A DNA stretch of 63,043 nt, counting the filler, from Licmophora abbreviata (Eukaryota), in the NCBI GenBank assembly GCA_900291995.1. It is 9 parts of 9 records of this genome, joined end to end, with 100 filler letters (N's around TTAATTAATTAA, not from the genome) between each part and the next. Parts side by side here need not be neighbours in the genome. Positions count along the whole stretch, not along the records: positions 31,164 to 46,283 come from OLMU01001393.1; positions 46,384 to 51,770 come from OLMU01001394.1; positions 51,871 to 57,702 come from OLMU01001395.1; 6 more parts are not named here. One strand, given 5' to 3'. Made by a program: the position numbers and the translations under genes. Under the pieces are notes generated by a model, which saw only the letters and a program-made list of their open reading frames with translations, was not told the origin of the DNA and did no database searches. This document shows, piece by piece, positions 44,401 through 53,390 of this stretch (the first letter of the stretch is position 1; every line of letters starts with the position of its first letter).

Positions 44401-45439
44401 GCGACATTGTTCTCCCAACGGGCTTCGCAGGTAATCGTGTCGCCGATTCGGCAGCGGTCGGCATCCCATCTTCAACGGCATCCTTAGAATCAGCTATTGT
44501 GTCTGCAGACGACGGAAACGTCCTTCCAAAGGGTCTAGGAGGAAACGGCGCCTTCGGCGTTGCCTGGCTCGGCTCTTCGACTTTTGAATCATCGTCACGC
44601 CCATCCGTCGGCCATGCAACAACGGGGTCCGCAGGTTTCTCTGCATCTTCCTGTGAATCTTCCTGATCGTTCGGCCATGGGACAGCAGAGGGATCCTCCG
44701 TTTTCTCTACCTCTCGCTTCCCAGGCGTTCGCTTCGTCCAAATGTCGACCACCTTCGATCTTCTGGGCACAACGTCTGCAGCATCATTTTCCGGGTGGCT
44801 GGCTGCGTGTGTGGGAGTCGACGTCGCATGCTTCCAAATATCTGAGACTCTACCTCGCTTTACAGGCTCCGTGTCTGACTCAGTATCTAGCTCAGCGGGG
44901 ACAATCGTAAGATCCACTGGTCGATCATTGCTGACGGCGGCGGGTCTTTTCGTCGCCAATCCTGGATTCGACACGCTATTCCGCTGCTTGAGTTGATCTG
45001 CCACACTACTGGTCACGGAAGAAACTTCCTGCGAGTCTGTATCTTCGTGGGACGGTGCTGGAGAGGCCGCGGCGGCCGGAGGTACCTCTGCCGCCCTACC
45101 AATGGAAGTCGGTCTTGGAGCCGGCGGCTTCCATGATCGCTTCTGTACAGGACTGACACGTGCTTCATTGCCGTCCTCCACGATATTAGTCTGTGAGCCT
45201 TCTCGTGTCCTCCAAATTTCGACAACACTGGCTCTTTTCGGAGTTGATTCGACCGTCGGAGCAGCTTGCTCAGGAGAGGATGCATCCGTGGACGGCGAGG
45301 TACCGATGCTGGCTTCCGCTGCGGGTGCGCGTTCTTCCATGCCGTCCTGCTTCTCAAGTGTCTGGTTCATCGCTCGAATTCGATCCTGAATGGACAGCGA
45401 CGTCCATTCTGAGCGGCTGTAGGACTCATTGCTGCTCAT
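41402..45439 (-). CDS. Large low-complexity S/P/T-rich protein with repeated V-x-[DE]-[IR]-W motifs
   Basis: Uninterrupted frame of about 1345 codons from the ATG at 45439; no globular domain recognised. Confidence 0.75.
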   Translation of the reverse strand: MSSNESYSRSEWTSLSIQDRIRAMNQTLEKQDGMEERAPAAEASIGTSPSTDASSPEQAAPTVESTPKRASVVEIWRTREGSQTNIVEDGNEARVSPVQKRSWKPPAPRPTSIGRAAEVPPAAAASPAPSHEDTDSQEVSSVTSSVADQLKQRNSVSNPGLATKRPAAVSNDRPVDLTIVPAELDTESDTEPVKRGRVSDIWKHATSTPTHAASHPENDAADVVPRRSKVVDIWTKRTPGKREVEKTEDPSAVPWPNDQEDSQEDAEKPADPVVAWPTDGRDDDSKVEEPSQATPKAPFPPRPFGRTFPSSADTIADSKDAVEDGMPTAAESATRLPAKPVGRTMSPSVKSDTVASNHLKDEPAVAPRKHAVSDIWTKRVQAPSSADESISRPSNVPPVAPSTPSRGSVVERWTHRASAPSTPVSGGVKLSAPSTPVSGRGTPTSGKKQLTPKSFAKIAPEASGRQTPSPGEPTPPPISSSQPSWRNVELRPTPKSVSKLGSEGALSGSLSWKRAIPPGPSTKSSEGPAMPVLVSGSDVPKGHIRTVSDASNDARKPESMAATPTTVDSVGDGSGDPSNIVSNSGPWARSSPARRAKALEIAVKKKKSKNSWKYAFPEPVDGVKKAPASLESASSAFAPMGPSRAEGEAPRGVPKRVVRPNLPSKPVTEWTLKDVMKKNRLKPAQSGSASYAMSLSASGSQASAEEEEGVAAHSGRRNTTPVRSHAEMRPAIPKTELSTPVRSDVEKMNAYPSKDHSTPVRSNQLGASSLSSLVRREKMDKDITLAQKPPTQLRTPDKPIRRLAPSSRDTVTNAKLLEHADEPGRITPRKSPGAVGSEERRKFLQEKRALHQKHQYNGSVSSDHQNSLASGESDWNFTAAVEKSPPTEIAAKKKKKEKTPSVSVITSPVDLAVGGTPTGTPSPFAGNRYHHRKQLEARSSSKPSPSADDKADSVVSAGSSSVGNVLSTFNVTASAVDTSIISPTSSIANRASLVLKNRRRSGEHRDALVGKSRAQNSSDGRRQVDLPVANGPRQRSTKRLEVVKRQSVSENQDEGQGASHLPRHDPRKTRENRRQRMGAERRNEPRLTNHYSDSARFLANSPENESKQPTFSFASESEGSSQVLSAEASASDGSDTWNPGRTQSSRSSFQRARSESTDFSTKDEGRHASPLSQRLLCADLTSRDGKSSVSQSFVDESSTHMKSLREAYETMSLQQIANDLKEEVTTVAKNFSFQKLATKRNRNAKFASNLSGEAKTKKLTVPKALKRSSVDEGIAIEVEYVATDGKDADGATADDAAALDRQFAKSMARGSNDRAISMNGDTPNAVEPGLLSSSDGYGGRSLHEC
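44124..44189. repeat. Intragenic 27-nt direct repeat x2 (period 39; encodes SAPSTPVSG)
   Basis: CCACTGACCGGAGTGCTTGGTGCCGAT at 44124-44150 and 44163-44189. Confidence 0.85.
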
Positions 45440-46134
45440 CGTCCCGTCTTTTGTACAGCATGAGAGGCCAGATGAGATAGTTTGGACCCCGAGCGCACGC
45501 CTTCGACGACAAGCAACCTCGAAACGACTTCCTTCACGAACAAGAATGGCGCCGGCCTGTATGGACATTGACTTGCGCAGTCGTCCGCCGCGCCATGCTT
45601 GGAAGCATGTCACATCCCTTCTGAGATGGTGCTCAATAATTTTCATTGATCCCTTATGTCATGACGAATGTAATAATTATGGATATCCGTTGAATCAATA
45701 GCGGACCAGCGCAACGCATACTGTGATCTTCAATCTGCCGGATGTCACGCCGATGCAAACCTACAAGACTAGAAAAACAGTGAAACACAATAAGCTTCAC
45801 CTCGACCGGTCTAGTCCCTGTATTGTTCGTCTAATCAACCAGGAGGGTTTGGAAGTATCCTATGACAACATGAAAAAGAGACGTGCATTCACACAGACAA
45901 CCATAGCTTCGAAATAACGTCAGCCCCAAGGTGCCGCAGACGACAAGTCTAGTTAGTCCTCGCGCAAACCCAAAGTTTGCTGCACTCTCTATAAAGCTAT
46001 CCCAGCACATGAACCGTATGACAATTTTACACGAATGCACTACAACATATCGTTCGTATATCGCTGACCTAATAAATTACCGTGACTTGTTGTACATCTC
46101 GCTAGGATAATACTGCTTGCCCAATAAAACTAAT

Positions 46135-46283
46135 CTAATTGTCCTTCTTCGCCGGGTTAACTTTCCTTGTCAATTGTTTCCGATTGAAGTTCCACGAGAT
46201 GCACGACAAGTGCTTTTCCCATAGGAACGACATAGAAACGCAGGTCATTCCAACACAGAGGATTGTGTTCCAGAACAACATGG
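46135..46283 (-). CDS. C-terminal fragment of an unidentified membrane protein (rest in gap); paralog at 59583-59743
   Basis: MLFWNTILCVGMTCVSMSFLWEKHLSCISWNFNRKQLTRKVNPAKKDN*. The paralog differs largely by synonymous changes in this frame. Confidence 0.6.
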
Positions 46284-46505
46284 NNNNNNNNNNNNNNNNN
46301 NNNNNNNNNNNNNNNNNNNNNNNNNNNTTAATTAATTAANNNNNNNNNNNNNNNNNNNNNNNNNNNNNNNNNNNNNNNNNNNNGGGGTACCTGATGAGAA
46401 CTGTGTTGTCATTTAGTCGAAGAAGTCGGCCGTCGAAAGCATTTCTTTTCTTTTTTCCGACCCTCCCCGAGCGTGGCTACCGGCGACATTGAGTGGCATG
46501 TCACC

Positions 46506-48524
46506 ATGTCGGACATTTGGAACGGAGCTGCGGCTTGCCCAATGGCAGCACCCACTGCGGTAGGTAGCCATGATGTGGTGTAAGATCGTACCGCACTGAT
46601 TGTTAGTTCTCAAAACCTTCTCTTCTTTTCATTTTTTCTCACTATAGAAAGAGGGAGTGATGGATGCCACTAGCAGCGTGGCGATGCCATCCTCTCGCCT
46701 TGACTCCTCGTCGACAAAATCCCAGCATCACTACGCCAACCACCACATTCCAGACTTTATAGCCATAGAATCGTCGAGCGAGGCTCTGTCCTTGCTGCAA
46801 GTTGTCACGGACGGCTCTCGACTGACCTCGCAAGCACTCCTCAACGATGCCCCCCACACGCTGTCTGTGCATCGTCCCATTCTCGTCCGCGATACTCCCC
46901 AGTCGATAGGCATGAAGCTACCAAAGATGGACCGACAGAACAAATCAGAAATTTCTGTGCGAGACGTGGCTGACATTCTCGGCTTCGATCTGCCTGTCTC
47001 AGTCATCGATGTCAAGCATCAAGAGGAGCTAGAAGGATGGACACTCGGTGACTTGGTCGATCATTTCGAAGACGAAGATCGACTGACATCATTACGACAG
47101 CAAGCGACACAGAGCGAGGAAGCAGCTCTCGCTGTGCAGCCAGATGGAAACTTGGAATCGATGTCTCGCCGACCACGCCGAGCTGCGGCTCAGCGCGCCG
47201 CATCGCAACAGTCGAAAGTGCTGAATCAGATTTCTCTGGAGTTCTCCCGCACCCCTTTGTCGCCTCTCGTGTCTTCTCCCCGATTCGTCCGCGAATTAGA
47301 CTGGATCGATCATGCATGGTCACGGCAGCGACGCGAGAAGGGCGACTATCCCGTGGTACAGTATTACTGCTTGACGAGCACAGCCGGAGCGTATACGGAT
47401 TTTCACGTTGACTTTGGAGGCTCGTCTGTGTGGTACCATGTGCTGACAGGAGAGAAGATGTTCGTCTTGATCCCACCCACGTTTCGAATCTACAAGTCTA
47501 TGAAGACTGGCTGTGTCGTTCGAATCAGTCAGAATTGTTCCTTCCTGATCTACTCTTGAATCGCCATTCCGATGTCCTCAAAGTCAGGCTTCAGGCTTCA
47601 CAAACCATGATGATTCCGACGGGATGGATTCATGGTGTGTATACTCCCAGAGATAGCGTCGTCTTTGGTGGTAATTTTTTGCATGGCCTCGACATGCAAC
47701 TGCAAATCGATGTGCACAGTCTGGAGACGCGCACCCACGTCCTGGATCGATTTCGATTCCCGTATTTCTTACCTCTCATGTTTTACGCCGGAGGCATGTA
47801 CTTGCGTCGATTGAACATTGGGGGCACAGACAATGTAAGTCGTCGCGAGCTACATCAGCTTTCCGTACTAGTTCAGTCTCTGGAAGAGTGGTGGAAAGGA
47901 CGGACGGATGAGAGCATGGTGCCGGCGGCGCGGGAAGCAGCCGTGGAGTGTGGGTGCGCGTCGGTGGAGGACATGTTGTGGCAGCTGCGCTTGCAACAGG
48001 CGCGTCGCTTGGGCTTGAAGGCTCCCACTAAGCCGGAAGCTTCGAAATTTGCAGCGGTCCAGGAGCAGACGCCGACTTTAAAACCCAAGATTCGACTGAA
48101 ACTGTCGGCGGCCAAGCCCAAGCTTGCCAGTGGCAGTAGTGAACCGGCGTCGGCTCCTGTCGAAGGGAATCGACTTCGACTAAAGCTACCGTCGAGTGCT
48201 GCTAAGAAGAAGCCAGAAAGTAACGAGTTTCGGATCGTGGTCCCACCAACTGCCAATTTATCACCTCCGTCGTACACGAACACTGTTCCTCTCAAGCGCA
48301 AGAGTGTAATTCGAGAGGAGCTGGACAGTTTTGTCACCGTTGGCGGCGCGGACGATGACGAATGGCAGCCACAAACCACTGTAAAGCGGCCGACGAAGAA
48401 GGTACAATCGTCCCCGACTCGTCTTTTACCATCGGGGAGTGGTCGAGGCTCCGCGACTGGCAAAGTTGTTCCTGTCAAGAAGCAAACATCGGCACGTCAG
48501 CGTCTCCTAAAGCGTTTCCGCTAG
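46506..48524 (+). CDS. JmjC histone demethylase (KDM2/KDM7/JHD1 type), frameshifted near 47481
   Basis: LNQISLEFS, YCLTSTAGAYTDFHVDFGGSSVWYHVLTGEKMFVLIPPT; then in the -1 frame SNLQVYEDW..IPTGWIHGVYTPRDSVVFGGNFLH..RFRFPYF. Short first exon 46506-46559 is inferred. Confidence 0.85.
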
Positions 48525-48628
48525 TTCAGAGAACTACTACCGGGCGATATTTATGATTATATCTATAATATGTTTATCGCTTTTTCATTGTACAAGGGAG
48601 GCAAGCAAGTTCTAGTTCGGTGCTACTG

Positions 48629-49771
48629 TTAGCCAAAGCACCGAATAGGCTCCTTGGCGCCTTTTCGCGCACTCTGCCCACCTTTCAGAAGATACTGCCT
48701 GTGTTCCTCTTCCGCGTCAAAAAATTCTTGGCATGGCAGCACCTCCACACGAAATGGGTTGTGATGCTCCACAGCTTTCGCGGCGAGTCCTTGCTGATTG
48801 ACCGAGTGATAATATATCCCATGTCGATACTGCCACGATTCCTCCTCGTCGTTCTCAAAGAGGGACGAGATTGTGATCTGTTTGGGATTGTGTCGTTGGT
48901 TCGTGTCGGCCAGTCTCTGGAATGCCACTTGCAGCAATGTTTCGTACGACACCACTCTGGAATCGAACACAACCATGACGGCCTCGCGGTGTCTCGTCGT
49001 GCCCTCGCAGACTTGTTGATACGTCAATGTACCAGAATTGTGTCGTCGACCTCCCGTGTACCCCACCTTGGTCCCCACGACACCCGCCTGTCTCATAAAA
49101 GCCAGCTCGCCTCCCCAAAAACAACCCAAAGCAAACGTGGCCACTTGATATGGAGAGTCTTCTGTGCCCGTTGTGCTTTCGGTGACACTGGCCTTCAGTT
49201 CTGGTAGTCGGTCGATGCCAAGTAACTTGGCACGGCACGAATAACTAGCACCCGCCAATGGGGGATTTGCATCGACGACAACGGAATCGTCGAAGGTGTC
49301 CACGACGGACACTTTGAGCGTACGACGTTTGCTTCCCACTTCCAACTCGAGCGTACTGCCCTTGCGGATCGCCGCGAACGGTTCGTCATCGTGACGGCCC
49401 CATAATTTGTCCTTGGTCAGTTGCACTACTAGCTCTGGTCGATGTTTCCCATAGCCTGCATCGATACTAACGTTCTCGTACTGCTGATCGACCGCCATGC
49501 CACTGACTAGCTCATGCAAGCCGGGCAAGTAGTTTCCCCATCCAAGGACAAAGGTGATTTGCCCTTCCGTATCGAAGAGGGGATTGGGAACGAAGTCATC
49601 TTCGGGTATAAGAGAAAGATCAAGCGTCACGATGTCACCGGGACGAGCTGCAGTAGGAGGATGATCGCTGGTCGAACTCTCTGCATGAGCAGCACAGTTT
49701 GACGCTATCGAGGTCACAGAACTGGTAGCATCACGGCACCCATCTGCCGGGTCGTTTTCCGAAGGCGCCAT
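48629..49771 (-). CDS. msrA: SlyD-type FKBP peptidyl-prolyl isomerase fused to methionine sulfoxide reductase A
   Basis: FKBP/SlyD: FVLGWGNYLPGLHELVSGM..GYG..VVVDANPPLAG. MsrA: ATFALGCFWGGE, VGYTGG, HREAV, QYRHGIY, FFDAEEEHRQYL, terminal IRCFG. Confidence 0.9.
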   Translation of the reverse strand: MAPSENDPADGCRDATSSVTSIASNCAAHAESSTSDHPPTAARPGDIVTLDLSLIPEDDFVPNPLFDTEGQITFVLGWGNYLPGLHELVSGMAVDQQYENVSIDAGYGKHRPELVVQLTKDKLWGRHDDEPFAAIRKGSTLELEVGSKRRTLKVSVVDTFDDSVVVDANPPLAGASYSCRAKLLGIDRLPELKASVTESTTGTEDSPYQVATFALGCFWGGELAFMRQAGVVGTKVGYTGGRRHNSGTLTYQQVCEGTTRHREAVMVVFDSRVVSYETLLQVAFQRLADTNQRHNPKQITISSLFENDEEESWQYRHGIYYHSVNQQGLAAKAVEHHNPFRVEVLPCQEFFDAEEEHRQYLLKGGQSARKGAKEPIRCFG

Positions 49772-51285
49772 TGAGGGCGTGTCACTTCTGGAGAACTCGC
49801 GAAGGGCTTCTCTCTGTAGGCCAGGTCAGTACCAGTCCTGTGCTGCAGTCTAGTCTAGAGCGCAATGATGTCCAAGGAAATGCTGTACACGCTGATGCAG
49901 AGGGATGTTTCAATGACCTGGTCGGATCATGGACGAAAGTTCAGGGAAAATGTGCGGACTGCGTGGCGGGGAAGAACAAAATTGAACACAATCGATCACC
50001 TCGCGCCCGCCGGCCAGAATGAATGGTTGACAATTTCGAAATGTCTTTCGCGCCAAAAAGTTCAAGACGGGGCGACGCCACAATCGCGAGTGTTCCTGCA
50101 GCAACCTCGTATCATATACGCCGGTACGGCGAGGAGCTGGTCCATGCGTTCTGCATTGGATCGTCCAGTATACTCAAAAACTGTGAGTGGTGAACTGCTC
50201 GATGAAGATGCTAGCTATGGCATGCTTGTTTTCTAACGAGAGTGTTTGCTTTGTACTACGAGTAGGCAGGGCTTTGGGTACTACGACAGCCAGCTATTTT
50301 CGGAGATCCCACAGCTACCGCGAAACCTCGTGTGAGAGCCGACTTTTAACCGAACAGGGACTCACACTGGACGATGACATCCCGTCGCTAATCATCCTTC
50401 GAGGCAAGCATGTCGCCACCAAACGACCGAAGATTCAGGCTTCGATTTGTTCACGCCCGTTGCGATAGGCTGCCTTCTCAGATGGTAGCGGATGCCTATT
50501 GAATCAAAGCGAATGAAGATCCTAACATCCGCGAGGAAGAAAGTGATGTCTTTTTCTTTGCAATCGGAGGGCATGCATTCAATAATTAATGCGGATGACC
50601 TAGGCCTTACTTGTCTTTCGACGACTGAGGAGTCATTCTTGTTCTTGCGTGTTTCGCCACGCCGACTTGAACCGAAATAAAACGAACTGTACGAATGAGG
50701 CAGGTATGCTCTTCCCTTACTTTCTACCATCGCGGTTCGGAACGAGTCACCGTAAGTGACGGGCGGGATGACGAATGATACAACATAATGTGGGCCAAGC
50801 GAGCGGGAGACGCGATGGAAGCGTCAGCCGCCAAGTTGCGAGGATGATGAGCGAGGGCCTACTACCGATACTTGATTCAGTTGCTGGACCACGATATGAC
50901 TCGGCGTGGCGCCCAATGTCATCAAGGCTCAGGTGTGTCCTACAGGTTTTTGTATGACTGCGATCGCAAATAGCACATCGTCGGGTCGCGTCATTGGCGT
51001 GTTTTCGAACTCATTCTATGATTTTGTGGGGCGCTCTTGGGCTTCGCGGTCAACTCACGTACACTCCCGTATGATTTCTACACGACGACGAACGCAATCG
51101 AATCTCAACCGGCCACGCCATGAATCAATGCCATGACGATTTGCTATGATAGTACGACGGGGCTAACTAATACAACTACAGTAGATAGGAAACCTTGAAC
51201 GCGGCCAGACCTAGCTTAGACGTGATTGGTTTGACGCTCTAGAAAAGAGAAACAGCATATAGAATACTTTTGTCGCGCTGTAATC

Positions 51286-52129
51286 CTAGGATGCAGTCTT
51301 TGCTGCATCCTTCGCCTTATCGACCGCCTTGCTGAGAGCATCGTTGGCCTTGTCGGTGAGCTTGTACTCGACGTTCAGTTCTTGCGCCTTTGAAACAGCC
51401 TTTTCGACAAGATCTCCGACCACACCCAAGGCGGTGACTCCAGCTCCGACCAGGTCGTATTCATCATTGATTTCCGTAATCTTACTCTTGGTGGAAGACA
51501 GAGCAGTCTCTACCTTCTTGACGGCTTCAGGGTCCACAGAGTCGCTACTCTTGAGCTTGTCAAGCGAACTCTCCAGGGACGTCTTTGTTTTGTCGAGAAC
51601 CTCGTACTTGGTATCAAGCTTGGCCAAGTAGTTCCAGATTTCAATGGAAGACTTGGAAACGGCACTAACGACCTCTCCAACGTCTCCCTCCATCTTGGAC
51701 GCGTAGTTGGCAGCGGCAGCGCCCACGGCGGCAAGGACAGGTCCCCCTAGAACAAAGCCTGCAGCACCACNNNNNNNNNNNNNNNNNNNNNNNNNNNNNN
51801 NNNNNNNNNNNNNNTTAATTAATTAANNNNNNNNNNNNNNNNNNNNNNNNNNNNNNNNNNNNNNNNNNNNTACCCGCGGTGAACTCGACGGTCTCTTCCT
51901 TAACGGCGACCAAGGCACTGGAAGTGCCCGCCGAAGCTGGGGCCTTCTTTGCGGGAGCTGGAGCTGGGGCCTTAGCTGGGGCCTTAGCAGGGGCAGGCGC
52001 TTCGTCGGCGTCATCTGACATTCGCACCAGCGTCGACGATTGGCGACTCGTGACGAATGCTCGCGGCTGAGGCGCAAAGGCCGACGCCGAGGCGATCACA
52101 GCGAGCGGGAGTACGACTTGGAGCTTCAT
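51286..52129 (-). CDS. Plastid-targeted protein of unknown function spanning a gap
   Basis: Exact ASA-FAP motif (MKLQVVLPLAVIASASAFAPQ) and an Ala/Pro/Lys linker. EFTAG-gap-GAAGFVLGGPVLAAVGAAAANY forms a glycine-zipper hydrophobic segment, followed by an amphipathic helical C-terminus. Confidence 0.8.
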
Positions 52130-52390
52130 GGTCGTTGGTATGGAAGGCCCACAGAGCGCGATGAGCAAGATACGGCTCCAAACTCATTCATTCATCACCG
52201 TTGGTGTTTCGCCCGTAGATATCGGTACTGGCTCTACAGCCGGGATCTTTCCGTTTAGATTTCTCTGGCGTGACGTGGGGTTGAACTTTTCGCCAGAGAA
52301 GATACGCACGAAAACTCAAAATACAAAGACTCTCACATTCAGATGCCTGATTCCTACTTCGAGGTCGAGGCCTTCTTGGTGCACAAAATC

Positions 52391-53333
52391 ATGTCGCAGC
52401 CGTCGGACTCCGTAGCTGTTTCTTCTGCAGCTCCTTCGAAGCCATCCTCTCCTTCTGACGCCATGCAGAGACCCATGGCATCACAGCAAGTCATAGTGGA
52501 CGAAGATCCATTATTGATAGCGCAGACGTTGACGTACGTGACGGACGATGGCTCTGTCTTGCTCAGCTTCAGCTCGGCACCCTTCTCGTGGTGTAAGTAC
52601 CATCATACCAGCATTGGTCCAACGTACAACGCAGTACTCGTTCTACAAAGGCATCTAAAACTAACCTCACAATTCCGAATTGCACTGCTGATGATGTTGT
52701 CTCATGCTTGTCTTTCTGTCGCTTTCTCACCCCAATCTCTCCAATACAGCCTTTAAAATGAAATTCATTATTCTCGAAGTGATATTTGTCCTCTTGATGA
52801 TAGCAGCCGTCCCGATCGGAGCCCACGGGACTGTCGTCACTGTATCGATTGGGAATCTTTTTGCCGTCGCATGGTTCTGGTACAACCTCGTTCGATGCGT
52901 CGATGTCACGACCGATGGTTCGCTGCGCTTCTGGATAGGAAATATCGAAATGGATGTGCCGTTTGACAAGATTGTTAGCATGCGAAGAGTCGCACTCACG
53001 GCGCCCTGCAGCGTCGTCTCGTGCTTGCCGCATCGGGGATTCCTCAGTACCCCCACGGACGGAGTCTGCATTGTCACGACGGTTCCCAGTACTCCGTTTT
53101 GGATGTGGCCACGATCGGCTGGAAAACCGGATCGAAGCTGCTGCTTTGGAATGCTCGCGTGTCCGCGATTGACGGTTGTCTTTTCGCCTGCGGGAGGCAG
53201 CATGGGTTTCATTCGAGAAGTTGAGAACGAAATGCGAAACTTTAGCAACCTGCCAGTGACGCCGAGGCAACAGTCACCAGCCTATGATGTCGGTGGAGTC
53301 AAAAGAACGACGCAAGACTTTCTAGACGTGTAA
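52391..53333 (+). CDS. Two-TM membrane protein with a following beta-rich (bacterial PH-like) segment; 2 exons
   Basis: Intron 52593-52749. Two hydrophobic helices, then VDVTTDGSLRFWIG..DVPFDKIVSMRRV..VVFSP. Confidence 0.65.
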
Positions 53334-53390
53334 ATTAGTTTAAACCGTACGAATGATGCGACTTGCATGAAACTCGATCAACAATACGTA

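Noticed and set aside
43851..44666. Long antisense ORFs over coding genes (also 22891-23655 and 47873-48478)
   Set aside because: Expected antisense shadows in GC-balanced coding DNA.
50392..50730. ORF with an RRM-like snippet LIIECMPSDCKEKDITFFL
   Set aside because: Only one short segment resembles an RRM; the rest does not support a domain.
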